Source of the DNA: an uncultured Chloroflexia bacterium
Lineage (GTDB): Bacteria; Chloroflexota; Limnocylindria; QHBO01
DNA: 64,000 nucleotides
Direction of reading: 5' to 3'
NCBI GenBank assembly: GCA_963827475.1
Contig: CAWHAZ010000004.1
Coordinates: 1-64,000, forward strand
Below, one piece after another: positions 1-10,318 of this stretch. The notes below the pieces were generated by a model that saw only the letters and a list, made by a program, of their open reading frames with translations, searched no databases and had not been told where the DNA came from. Every line of letters begins with the position of its first letter. The stretch's first letter is position 1. Both the position numbers and the translations under genes were made by a program.

Positions 1-14
1 CCCGCGGGCCTCGG

Positions 15-362
15 GGCTCCGTTGCAAAGATCATGTGGGGCGCGTGAAGGCCTGATCGTGTCGGTGGTTCACGCATAGATGCCGAACAGCCGGTTAACGA
101 AGGACGCCTCGGTTCCGCCGCCGATCGCCTCGATCCACGAGCTGAACTGGCCCTTCTTGAACATCCGCATCACCTCGAAGCCCTTGATCGTCGCATAGGC
201 CGTCTTCATCGACTGGAAGCCGAGCGTCGGCTTGATCAAGCGCTTCAGCTTGCCGTGGTCGCCCTCCAGGCGGTTGTTGAGATACTTCACCTGCCGATGC
301 TCGGGTCTCTTTCGGCAGCAGGCCTTCCTTCTTCAGCTCGGCGATCGCCTCGCCATAGGCCT
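15..362 (-). mobile_element. IS6-family insertion sequence remnant (right end)
   Basis: GGCTCCGTTGCAAA at 15-28 resembles the IS26/IS6100-type terminal inverted repeat and sits just downstream of an IS6 transposase C-terminus. No left end is visible. Confidence 0.8.
69..362 (-). pseudogene. IS6-family transposase, C-terminal fragment
   Basis: KYLNNRLEGDHGKLKRLIKPTLGFQSMKTAYATIKGFEVMRM is typical of IS6 DDE transposases. AYGEAIAELKKEG lies upstream across a frameshift, then similarity stops at ~362. Confidence 0.85.
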
Positions 363-375
363 AGCCGCGCATCAT

Positions 376-741
376 CTACATGACGATCTTCCAATAAAAT
401 CTGCGCCACCAGCCCGTCGCGGAAGGTGTAGAAATCGCAGCCCCTCACCTCGAGCCGGACGCCCTCTGGGGTGGTGCCGGTGAGGGTCCATTGGAGATGC
501 CGGTGTCGGCGTCGACAAAGTGGGTGGCATCCCCGTAGTGGACATCAGGGAGGCCCTGGAAGCGGCCTGCGAGCGCTTCGCGCACAGTGGCTTTGCCCTC
601 CGAGCGCGCTCCCCAGGGGTCCGGGCCGCGCGGCATCTCGAGCTCGCAATCGTCGGCAAAGTGGGCCATGATGGCATCGAGATCGTGCGCGTTGAAGGCT
701 TCGCACAAGGCTTCGAGCGTACGCCGGATATCGCTCATCAC
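376..741 (-). CDS. SnoaL-like/NTF2-family protein (frameshifted)
   Basis: AFNAHDLDAIMAHFADDC...EVRGCDFYTFRDG...YWKIVM* reconstructed across indels. Confidence 0.8.
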
Positions 742-749
742 ATCCTCTC

Positions 750-835
750 ATACCTCGTCAGAACTTGAACGCCAGGATCGTCGTTAGCGGGTTCTCCTGG
801 CCGTCCACGACGCCAGTCTCGAGCGCCGTGTTGAC
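750..835 (-). pseudogene. Short fragment of a TRAP transporter substrate-binding protein (DctP-like)
   Basis: Minus-strand translation VNTALETGVVDGQENPLTTILAFKF matches the conserved ALxTGVVDGQENP stretch of DctP proteins. No start or rest of the gene is present. Confidence 0.6.
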
Positions 836-838
836 GTT

Positions 839-2050
839 TCACGAGATGACTCCGCCGACCGAGAAAGGGGCATTTTCGAACATTTCAGGCGGTCTTTCCA
901 CGCGTTGCGATCCGTGGCGGAATTGACCGACAGCCAGCTGTGTGGAAGCGGGAGGTAGCCCCAGGCCCTGCCCGTCGCCTTCGGCCGTCGGGGCCCCGTC
1001 GCGCCAGGCACGGCGGAAGACGAGGGCCTGGTCGTCGGGCGCGATACCACGCCCAACGTCGCGTACCCCCAACCAGAGCCAGCCGCCGGCGCGTCCGGCG
1101 CGGCAGTGGACCACTGAACCGGCAGGAGCCACTCGGAGCGCGTTCGAGACGAGGTTCGCCTGGGCGCGCTTCAGCGCGGACCGGTCTCCGTCGATGACGA
1201 GGCCGGACGGAGCGAGCTGCGACAGTCGCACGCCGCGGGTCGAGGCCTCCGCGTCGTACTCCTGGGCGACCTCGGCCACCACCTCGGCAAGGTCGACCGA
1301 CGTGCGCCGTTCGGGCTGCGCACTCGTCCGGGCGAGCGCCATGAGCTCGTCGACCGTGGTCGACATCCGGTCGGCCGTGCGCCGAGCCACCTCCGCGGCG
1401 CGGAGCAGGCCCTCGGTGTCCTCGGGTTCCGAGAGCGCGACATCGAGGGTCGTCCGGATGACCGCCAGAGGGTTCCGCAGCTCGTGCGACGCGTCCTCGA
1501 CGAAGCGGCGCTGGGTCAGCACACCCTGATCGAGCCGGTCGAGCATCGCGTCGAACGTGTCGGCCAGGTCGCGCATCTCGTCGGGTGGACCGCCGAGCCG
1601 GATGCGCCGCGAGAGATCGGTCGCCTCGATCTCGCGCGCGACGGCGGCCATCGTGCCCACCGGTCGCAGGACGCGGCCCGCGACCGCCCAACCGATGGCA
1701 AGGCCGACCGGGATCAGCGCGATGAGCGCCACGAGCGAAAGATCGCGAACCTGCTGGAGGGTCTGCTCCCGGACGGCCTGTTCCACCTGCCGCAGTGCAT
1801 CGGTCGCCCCGGAGTCGCCGCTTCCCAGGAGCTCGTCGAGGCTCATGCCGAGCACCCGCAGCACCTCCTCCTCGAGTGTCGTCGGCTGCTCCTCCGGGAT
1901 CGTCGCGGCCACCGTGTCGAGGGCCAGGTTCATCCCCAGCACGAGCACACCCGCCGTGACGATCAGGGCAGCGGTCACCAGCATCGCCAGCCGGAAGCGG
2001 ACCGATCGAACGGAGGCGGCAAAACGCCGGGAGGGAGGGCGACCACTCAT
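839..2050 (-). CDS. HAMP sensor histidine kinase, C-terminally truncated at ~955
   Basis: Two TM segments, HAMP, H-box DASHELRNPL, N-box NLVSNALR, G1 and G2 (GQGLGL), then unrelated sequence. ATG 2050 overlaps the regulator stop (ATGA). Confidence 0.85.
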   Translation of the reverse strand: MSGRPPSRRFAASVRSVRFRLAMLVTAALIVTAGVLVLGMNLALDTVAATIPEEQPTTLEEEVLRVLGMSLDELLGSGDSGATDALRQVEQAVREQTLQQVRDLSLVALIALIPVGLAIGWAVAGRVLRPVGTMAAVAREIEATDLSRRIRLGGPPDEMRDLADTFDAMLDRLDQGVLTQRRFVEDASHELRNPLAVIRTTLDVALSEPEDTEGLLRAAEVARRTADRMSTTVDELMALARTSAQPERRTSVDLAEVVAEVAQEYDAEASTRGVRLSQLAPSGLVIDGDRSALKRAQANLVSNALRVAPAGSVVHCRAGRAGGWLWLGVRDVGRGIAPDDQALVFRRAWRDGAPTAEGDGQGLGLPPASTQLAVGQFRHGSQRVERPPEMFENAPFSVGGVIS

Positions 2051-2742
2051 GGGACGCTCTCCGCCAGGCGATACCCCACCCCCACGACGGTCTCGATCGG
2101 CTGCCCGGCGCCCGCCGCGGCAAGCTTGCGGCGAAGGTTGCTGATCGTGACCCGGACCGTGTTGGTGAACGGGTCGGCGCGGTCGTCCCACACGTGCTCG
2201 AGCAGGCGCTCCGGGGTCAGGACCTCGCTCGGATGGAGCATGAAGTAGCGGAGAAGCGCAAATTCCTTGGGGGACAGGTCGAGCCGCTGGTCGTTGCGGT
2301 GGGCTTCGTGCCGCGCGGCGTCGAGCTCGAGGCTCCCCAGCCGGATCGCCGCACCACCGTTGCTTGTCGGGCGGCGGGCCAGGGCACGAACCCGTGCCGC
2401 GAGCTCTGCGAAGCTGAATGGCTTGACCAGGTAGTCGTCGGCCCCGTCGTCCAGACCACCGACTCGATCGTCGAGGCCGTCCCGGGCGGTCAGCATCAGG
2501 ACGCGCGGAGGCGTGGCACCCGGCAGCAGTAGCGCGCCGGCGCGAAGCTCGCGGCAGACCTCGCGGCCGTCACCGTCCGGTAGCCCGAGGTCCAGGCACA
2601 CCACGTCGTATGGAACGTCCTCGAGGCGCTGGCGGGCCTCGGCGGCATTTGCGGCCAGGTCGATCGCATAGCCTTCGCGGCGCAATCCGGTGGCAAGCGC
2701 AGTGGCGAGGTCGAGCTCGTCCTCGACGATGAGCAGTCGCAC
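2047..2742 (-). CDS. OmpR-family response regulator
   Basis: MRLLIVEDE, LDLGLPD, GADDYLVKPF, winged helix ending IETVVGVGYRL. Confidence 0.95.
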   Translation of the reverse strand: MRLLIVEDELDLATALATGLRREGYAIDLAANAAEARQRLEDVPYDVVCLDLGLPDGDGREVCRELRAGALLLPGATPPRVLMLTARDGLDDRVGGLDDGADDYLVKPFSFAELAARVRALARRPTSNGGAAIRLGSLELDAARHEAHRNDQRLDLSPKEFALLRYFMLHPSEVLTPERLLEHVWDDRADPFTNTVRVTISNLRRKLAAAGAGQPIETVVGVGYRLAESVP

Positions 2743-2843
2743 GGCGCCGCAGGATAGCGCGGCCTCGCGAAGTCGTCGGAATGACCTGATGGAGCGGCGC
2801 GCGCGGAAAGTCCGTCAGGCTAGGGATCAAGGGAGCCGTCGCC

Positions 2844-3173
2844 ATGGCCAGAACCAAGGAACCCGAGGTCCGCACCCAGGACGCCGTCGGCGCCGACTGG
2901 CCGGTCGACATGCCGTACACCCTGTACTTCCCGCGACGCGGAGGCTTCGCCGCGGCCGACATCGAGTACTCCTCGCCCCTCCCTCGGGTGGGCGACACGA
3001 TCGAGTACATCGACACCCAGGCGATCAGCCACCGCTACCGGGTGATCGACGTGGTCCACACCTTCCAGGACAGCCCCGCGGCACAGGGGCCGGAGGCGAT
3101 CCGCCTGCTCCGTGCCGGCCTGCCCGCGGTCTACCTCGCCCGCGATCGGCGCAAGCCCAAACCCGGCCGCTGA
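2844..3173 (+). CDS. Hypothetical protein (109 aa)
   Basis: GGGAG RBS upstream, GC3-rich codons, followed by a strong hairpin. Confidence 0.7.
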   Translation: MARTKEPEVRTQDAVGADWPVDMPYTLYFPRRGGFAAADIEYSSPLPRVGDTIEYIDTQAISHRYRVIDVVHTFQDSPAAQGPEAIRLLRAGLPAVYLARDRRKPKPGR

Positions 3174-3201
3174 CCGATCGCCCCGTCAGGGCGACACCCG
3201 A

Positions 3202-3228
3202 GAGGGCCGCCCCATCGGGGCGGCCCTC
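3202..3228. terminator. Hairpin between convergent genes (likely bidirectional terminator)
   Basis: Perfect 12-bp stem GAGGGCCGCCCC-atc-GGGGCGGCCCTC. Confidence 0.6.
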
Positions 3229-3245
3229 GTAACGGTCAGTCTGGG

Positions 3246-4895
3246 CTAGGTGCCGGGAAGGTACATCAGCAGCAGCTGGCCCTCCTCGACGCGCTTGGAA
3301 TACGCACCAGTTGCCGAGCTCGGCGGGCCCTCCCACATGAAGCCGCTTGTCACCGACCCTGCGAGATTTTGGTGGCCCTGGACGTCCAGCGCCCACCAGC
3401 CGGGCCCAAATGTCGTGCGCTCGAGGCTGATGATGCCGCTCGACTCGGCAGAAACTCCGCTGCCCGTCACGGTGGCAACCTTCGTCCAGACTCCCGTGGT
3501 CAGCGCGTAGTGCCAGATGTCGTTGGCACTCGCCCCATCCTCCTGGACCATCAGGCTGGCGGAACCGATATCCAGGTTGTCGGGGTTGACGAACGCCACT
3601 CCAGTCGCGGCATTTCCTCCTGGTGGGACAGGCACACTGTCAGTCAGGACACTGAACTCATCGACGATTCGAGGATCGCGTGGCGTTCAGGACCATCCTG
3701 AAGATGCGCCCGTTGGAAAGCGTCCCACCGGACCCGAGCCGCTCTAGGCGCCCGGTCATGGCGTTCTCTGATAGGCGGCTGGTCCCGGTGTCGGCGAAGT
3801 AGACGACTCGTGGGTTGTCACGGGCGATACCCGATGTCTTCGATTCGGACGAACTGGAAGACGTTGTTCGCGTTGGACCAGTCTTCGAGCGCCTGTTGCG
3901 GGGCGACGCCTGTCACGCCGCGGGCGATGTCGGTTGGAACGTGAATGAACCGTCCCTTCCACGGGCCGGACTCGTTGTTCGTGATCTCGAGGAAGTCGTT
4001 CGCGTTGTTAAACCGATCGTACGGATCGGCCAACGGCCCTTCGTCCGTGGCGGTCACTTGGAAGGCCCAGAGCTGACCCTTGTCCGCCATGACGGCTTCG
4101 TCGTCCTTGGCGGTGTACAGGTAGAGCTGCGAGCTGGGCGCAAGGAAGGTGTCGTCACCTGACAGGATGGCCAGCTCATTCCAGCCGCCGGGGACGACCA
4201 CTGTGTTCTCATGGTTGTGGCGACCCGCGCGGCTGATCACGTCGTACGCCCCGGTCTCGGTGTCCAGCCAGACGCTGTAGCCAGCCTGGCGGAGGCCGTT
4301 GAGCGCGGGATCCGCGTCCATAGACCGCGCCAGGCGGAACGGTGAGGATGTCTCGTTCGACTCCTCGTTTACCAGGAACGTGTAGTTGTCGAATCCCTCG
4401 TCGGGCCCAACCATGGTGGCCGAGCAGAACCGCAGGAATCCGGCGGTGGCCGGAAGGACCTGGGCATCCATTTCGGTCACTTGGCGCTCGGCAACGTCGA
4501 CCCGCACGCGAGTCACGGAGGAGTCCTCGTAGTCGGCGTAGCGCGTGGTGTCGCCGGGAATGCCGGCGAACGGGACGTGCGACTGTTCGTGGGCGACGTA
4601 GATGTCCACGTATCCGGAACCAGCAGGCCCCGGGATGACCCCGAGCCCGTCCGGGATTCCCTGGAAGATGACGTTGTCGTCGGCGAACGGATCGTCACCA
4701 GAGTTGATCAACGGAATCCTCATCCCCTCGGAAGCGCCGCCGGGGGCGTATGCGCCGAGCAGGGTGAGAAACGCCGTCCCTGGGTTCGGGTGTCCGTGCG
4801 AACCGAAGGAGCTCGCCGGCAGAACCAGGATCAGGGTCAGGGCGGCCAGAATCGCTCCAGTTGAGCGTCGGGGCCGCCCGGATTCGCGGAGTCAT
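3246..4895 (-). CDS. Secreted PhoX-like (DUF839-type) alkaline phosphatase, several frameshifts
   Basis: ACAGGAGG RBS and signal peptide. Motifs PDGLG, RFCSAT, GRHNHEN, FVRIED, NPDNL, ESSGII and LDVQGH are spread over pieces 3818-4723 and 3246-3635. Adjacent to the pst operon. Confidence 0.75.
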
Positions 4896-5043
4896 GGGGC
4901 AATGGCCTCCTGTCACATCGGTAGGGCGGGGATTGCCAGACCCCCAGAACGGTGGGGAGCCTATGGTGCCCCATCCGCGTGGCCCTGGCGAACCGTGTTG
5001 AGCGGAAGAATGGCAATTCGTGTTGCACCCGCGCACCGGGCCT

Positions 5044-5403
5044 CTACACCCATAGCGCGAGCCGAACCCCAACGAGGACGAGAAGGACACCGAACGCCCG
5101 CTGCAGCAGCTCGTTCGGGAGGCCAGTGGCGATGCGAGCCCCGATGAACGCTCCCACCACGATCCCCAACGCGATAAGGATCGCCAGGCGCACGTCGACG
5201 TAGCCGCCGCGCCAGTACTCCAGCGCGCCCAGGATGCCGACCGGCAGGAGGAGCGCCGCCAGCGAGGTGCCGGCCGCCTGCTTCTGGGTCATCCCGAGCA
5301 GCAGGATCAGTCCCGGCACGATCACCAGCCCTCCCCCGATGCCGAACAGGCCCGACAGGACCCCACCGGCCAGACCGATCAGACCACCCAGCAACAGCTG
5401 CAT
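5044..5403 (-). CDS. Short TauE/SafE (TSUP) family membrane protein
   Basis: GVLSGLFGIGGGLVIVP and AAGTSLA motifs, ~4 TM segments. Confidence 0.85.
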   Translation of the reverse strand: MQLLLGGLIGLAGGVLSGLFGIGGGLVIVPGLILLLGMTQKQAAGTSLAALLLPVGILGALEYWRGGYVDVRLAILIALGIVVGAFIGARIATGLPNELLQRAFGVLLVLVGVRLALWV

Positions 5404-5468
5404 CCCGTCTCCTTTCGACTCCACGCGTTCGCCGCATGGTAGGGCCGGCCTGCCCGGTATCCCCGGTC

Positions 5469-5506
5469 CTTGACCTCCGCTTGACGTGGGCTGACCGCCC
5501 GTTGAG
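5469..5506 (+). promoter_or_regulatory. Candidate pho box (tandem TTGAC-like repeats)
   Basis: TTGAC 5470, TTGAC 5481, CTGAC 5491, TTGAG 5502, i.e. 10-11 bp periodicity, just upstream of pstS. Confidence 0.55.
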
Positions 5507-5560
5507 GCGGGGTCGTGACCATGTCGGCGCAAATTGCCCAACGCCGAAGGAGTCCTCAGA

Positions 5561-6622
5561 GTGAAAACGCCCCTGCGTCCTGCTGCCCTGCTCTTTGTCG
5601 GCCTGCTCGTCCTGTCCGCCTGTCAGCCGTCCGCGAGCGAGTCGCCTGCAGAGAGTGAGGGGCCTGAAAGCGCCGCGCCCAGCGGGTCGGCCCTGAGCGG
5701 TGAGATTCAGATCTCGGGCTCGTCGACCGTCCTGCCCATCAGCAACCACGTGTTCGAGGCGTTCACCGCCGCGAACACGGACGTGACCGGATTCGTCGAC
5801 GGCCCTGGCACGGGTGACGGATTCGCCCTGTTCTGCGATGACTCGATTGACATCGCCGACGCCTCGCGCACGATCAGCGAGGAGGAAGTGGGCCTCTGCG
5901 AGGCGGCCGGCGTCGAGTACGTCGAGCTGAAGATCGGCATCGACGGGATCTCGGTCATCACCTCCACCGAGGACACGTCCCTTGAGTGCCTGAGCTTCCT
6001 CGATCTGTACGCCCTCATGGGTCCGGAGTCGCAGGGCTTCGACAACTGGTCCGACGCGGACGGGCTGGCAGGCGAGCTGGCGACCGAGTTCGGCACCGAC
6101 TTCGGTGAGTCACATGCGCCGTACCCGGCCGAGCCCCTGACCATCGTCGCCCCGGGCGAGGAATCGGGGACCTACGACAGCTTCGTCGACCTGGTGTTCG
6201 GTGACATCGCCGAAGCGCGCGGAGCAGGACGCGGTCATGCAGCCTGACTACCAGGCCTCGCCCGACGACAACGTCATCATCGAAGGCGTCTGCCGGCACC
6301 CCTGACGCGCCGTACACCCTCGGCTGCGTCGGATTCGCCTACGCCGTCGAGAACACCGATCGCGTCCAGCTCCTGCCCGTAGACGGCGGCGATGGTTGCA
6401 CGCCGGCGACCGAGGACACGATCGCTGCGGCCGAGTACCCGATCTCGCGGTACCTGTACATCTATCCAAACACCGCGCGTGCCGATGCCAATGCCGCGCT
6501 GCAGGCGTTCGTCGACTTCTACCTCTCTGATGAGGGGATCGCCGCGGTCAGCGAGCAGGGCTACGTTCCAGCTCGCCGAGGCTGATCTGGCGGCCACCCG
6601 CTCGGCCTGGGAAAGCCGCTGA
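5561..6622 (+). CDS. pstS: Phosphate ABC transporter substrate-binding lipoprotein (frameshifted)
   Basis: Lipobox LSAC, ISGSSTV, GPGTGDG, IADASR, SGTYDSF, YPISRYLYIY. Confidence 0.9.
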
Positions 6623-6708
6623 TCGTCGCGAAGTCCAGTTCCCTCCCTCCTCGGGGCCGGGCGCCTCCGGGCGCCCGGCCCTTCCCATCGCTCAGCGAAG
6701 ACCCTAGA

Positions 6709-7669
6709 GTGACCCATCCGACCATGACGGCTGTCCCGCATTCACCGCCCGGCGTGCTCCACGTCGAGGACCTGCGGATCGGTCCTCGTCGACGCTTCCG
6801 CGAGACGTTCATTCGCGTCGCGATCACGGTCTCTGCCACCGCGTCGATCATCATCAGCGTCCTCATCGTCCTGTCGCTCATCGGCAACGCGTTCGCCTTC
6901 GTGCGCGATGTCGACCCGGCGCAGCTGTTCGCGGAAGGCTGGTTCCCGCGCCGGGACCAGTTCTCCATCCCGACCATCCTGGCCGGCACGCTGGTCATCA
7001 GCGGGGTGGGGATGCTGATCGCGACGCCCCTGGGGATCGGCGCGGCGATCTACCTGTCGGAGTACGCGTCAGACCGCGTCCGAAAGACCCTGAAGCCGAT
7101 CCTCGAGGTCCTGGCCGCCATCCCATCGGTCGTCCTCGGGTTCTTCGCCATCACCGTCATCAGCCCCGGCGTGGTGAACACCATCCATCCGGGCGTCCAG
7201 GTCTTCAACATGGCGGCCGCGGGCATCGCCGTCGGCATCCTGATCACGCCGCTCATCGCGTCCGTCGCGGAAGACGCACTGCACGCGGTGCCGAATGCCC
7301 TGCGCGAGGCCTCCTACGGCCTGGGCGCTCGGCGGCTCGCGACGAGCATGCGAGTCGTCGTCCCGGCTGCCATCTCCGGGCATCGTGGCGGCGCTCATCC
7401 TCGGTGTCTCGCGGGCCATCGGCGAGACGATGATCGTGGCCATCGCAGCCGGCGCCACCGGGGGTTCACTGTTCACCCTCAACCCCTTCGATTCCGGGAT
7501 CACGATGACCGCGGCGATGACTGCCCTCGCGACCGGGTCCGACCAGGTCCGCGGCGCGACGCTGGCGTTCCCGAGCCTGTTCTTCGTCGGGCTGCTCCTG
7601 TTCGGCATCACCCTGGTCCTGAACCTCATCAGCGACGCGTTCGTGCGCCGGGTCCGGCAGCGGTACTGA
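6709..7669 (+). CDS. pstC: Phosphate ABC transporter permease (frameshift ~7380)
   Basis: LEVLAAIPSVVLGFF, LREASYGLGA, SRAIGETM. Confidence 0.92.
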
Positions 7670-8603
7670 TGGCCACGGCGACAGCGGCCACCACGACGCG
7701 CCGCCACCGCGGCGGTTGAGGCCGGACTGCGCAGCGGCCGCCGCGATTGGGGCGGAATGGTTGCCGCGCTCCTGCTGCTGCTGACCCTGGTCATCTCGCT
7801 CGCGATCCTGTTCGTGCTCCTCGCCGACGTCATGAGCCGTGCCTTGCCGGTGCTCACGACCCGCGGCCTGGACTTCCTCGTCGCGCCGAACAGCCAGAAC
7901 CCCGACGATCGCCGGCGTGGGCCAGGCGATCGTGGGGTCGATCATCCTGACCGTCTTTGTGATCGTCTTCGCCCTCCCGATCGGGATCACCGCTGCGGTG
8001 TATCTCGAGGAGTACGCCGGCGAAAGCCGCTTCGCGCAGCTGGTGAACACGAACATCCGCAACCTGGCCGGGGTCCCGGCCATCGTCTACGGACTGCTGG
8101 GGCTGGCGGTCTTCGTCACCACCCTCGGGACCGGGCGCAGCCTGATCGCGGGCGGGATGACCCTGGCCATCCTCGTCCTGCCCATCGTCGTGATCACCAC
8201 CGCCGAGGCGCTCCGGGCCGTCCCGCTCACCATTCGCGAGGCCGCGTTCGGGGTCGGCGCCACGCGCTCGGAGGTGATCACCAGCCACGTGCTGCCGTAC
8301 GCCATGCCGGGCATCCTGACCGGCGTCGTCCTGACCCTGGCCCGGGCATTCGGCGAGACGGCACCGCTGATCATGGTCGGCGCCATCACCGGGGTGTTCC
8401 GAACGGCCACCGACCAGGGGATCGGCGAAACCCTGTCCGGCCCGTTCACGGCCCTGCCGACCATCGTCTTCTCGTGGTCCAAGCAGCCACAGGAGGAGTT
8501 CCGGGCGCTGACCGCGGCGGCGATCATCGTGCTGCTGGCGGTCATCCTGGCCGTCAACGCGGCGGCCATTCTGCTTCGCAATCGATACGATAGGCGGTGG
8601 TGA
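7669..8603 (+). CDS. pstA: Phosphate ABC transporter permease (frameshifted)
   Basis: NLAGVPAIVYGLLGL, ARAFGETAPL. Confidence 0.92.
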
Positions 8604-8607
8604 ACCC

Positions 8608-9545
8608 ATGTCGATCAAGCTCACGCCTCGCTTCCCGGTGACGGACCAGAGCGACGGCGAGTCCGGGACCGAGACGGTGACCGAGCCGATGGCCACGGAA
8701 TCGCCGCAGGCTCCGCCTGCCGTGCGGCCGCAGACCGCGCGCTCCGCGACCTGGGAGGAGGCCGAGCCGCATGCCGAGCCGGACGTCGTCTTCGAGCTAC
8801 AGGACTCTGTCGTGCTACTACGGCGTCGTTCCGCGCCGTCCGCGAGATCAACCTGTCGATCGAGCGGAACAAGATCACGGCCATCATCGGTCCGTCTGGC
8901 TGCGGGAAGAGCACCCTGCTGCGCAGCTTCAACCGGATGAACGACCTCGTCCCGTCGGCCCGTGTCGACGGCAAGATCCTGTACCACGGCGTGGACCTGT
9001 ACGCCGATGGGGTGGACCCGGTCGAGGTGCGGCGTCGGATCGGGATGGTGTTCCAGAAGCCCAATCCCTTCCCCAAGTCGATCTACGACAACGTGGCGTT
9101 TGGGCCACGAGTCGCCGGCTTCCGCGGGAAGATGGACGACCTCGTCGAGGAGTCCCTGCGCCGTGCCGCCTTGTGGGACGAGGTGAAGGACAAGCTGAAG
9201 ACCCCTGGCACGGCGCTGTCCGGCGGCCAGCAGCAGCGGCTGTGCATCGCCCGCGCCATCGCCGTCCAGCCCGAGGTCATCCTCATGGACGAGCCGTGCT
9301 CCGCCCTCGACCCCATCGCCACGCTGAAGATCGAGGAGCTCATGCGCGAGCTGCGGGAGAACTACACGATCGTCATCGTCACCCACAACATGCAGCAGGC
9401 GGCTCGGGCCTCCGATACGACCGTCTTCCTGACCATGGGAGACGACCGGGCGGGATACCTGGTCGAGACCGCGCCCACCGAGAAGCTGTTCACCCAGCCC
9501 GCCAACCCCCTGACCGAGCAGTACATCACCGGGCGGTTCGGATGA
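8608..9545 (+). CDS. pstB: Phosphate ABC transporter ATPase (frameshifts near 8810-8850)
   Basis: [47 protein letters not shown]. Confidence 0.95.
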
Positions 9546-10318
9546 GCCAGATCACGCCGGCGCCGGACGACGACGAGTCCGTGGACGTGGCGACCGAGAG
9601 CCCGTCCGCCGAAGAGATGTCGGCAGCCGACGAGCAGCCGGCCAGCGGCGAGGAGCAGGCCGGCGGCACGCGGGCGACGCTGGACAGCGAGCTGCGGACC
9701 GTCAAGGATGATGTGCTCCGACTGGGCGCCCTGGTCGACCGCGCGCTCGAGCGCGCTGGGCGTGCGGTCTTCGAACGCGACGCCGATCTGGCCGACAAGG
9801 TGCGCTGGGACGACGCCGAGGTGAACGACCTCCAGCGCCGGGTGAGCAACGAGATCACCGTCACCCTCGCCACTCAGCAGCCGATGGCCCGCGACCTGCG
9901 AGAGCTGCTGACCCTGTACCACGCCGCGGCTGAGCTGGAGCGGATGGGCGACTACGCGGTGAACATCGCGAAGCTCGCGCAGCAGCTGGCATCGGAGCCG
10001 GAGATCCCGATGTTCAGCCAGATCCCGATCATGGAGCGCCTCTGCCGGTCTCAGCTGCGCGCCGCGATGCGCGCCCTGGTCGACGTCAGCGAGTCAGACG
10101 CGCGAGCGGTCGCCGCCAACGACGACGAGCTGGACCGGCTGTACGACGCCGTGTATCGCGGTGCCATGGAGCTCATGCAGGCCGATCCGAGCCGCGTCCC
10201 GCAGGCCACCCATCTCATCTTCATCGCCCACCACCTCGAGCGGCTGGGTGATCGGGTGACGAACATCGGCGAGGACGTGGTCTACCTCGCCACCGGTCAG
10301 ATCGAGGACCTGAACTGA
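9542..10318 (+). CDS. phoU: Phosphate signalling protein PhoU
   Basis: [38 protein letters not shown] overlaps the pstB stop. Confidence 0.95.
   Translation: MSQITPAPDDDESVDVATESPSAEEMSAADEQPASGEEQAGGTRATLDSELRTVKDDVLRLGALVDRALERAGRAVFERDADLADKVRWDDAEVNDLQRRVSNEITVTLATQQPMARDLRELLTLYHAAAELERMGDYAVNIAKLAQQLASEPEIPMFSQIPIMERLCRSQLRAAMRALVDVSESDARAVAANDDELDRLYDAVYRGAMELMQADPSRVPQATHLIFIAHHLERLGDRVTNIGEDVVYLATGQIEDLN

Noticed and set aside
2785-2819. Hammerhead-ribozyme-like CTGATG...GAAA
   Set aside because: The core reads CTGATGG rather than CUGANGA, and the segment pairs as a simple stem (CCTGATGGA/TCCGTCAGG). Stems I and III are not evident.
5011-5027. Sigma54 promoter-like TGGCA...TTGCA
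   Set aside because: The GG-GC spacing is one base too long and it points antisense into the TSUP gene.
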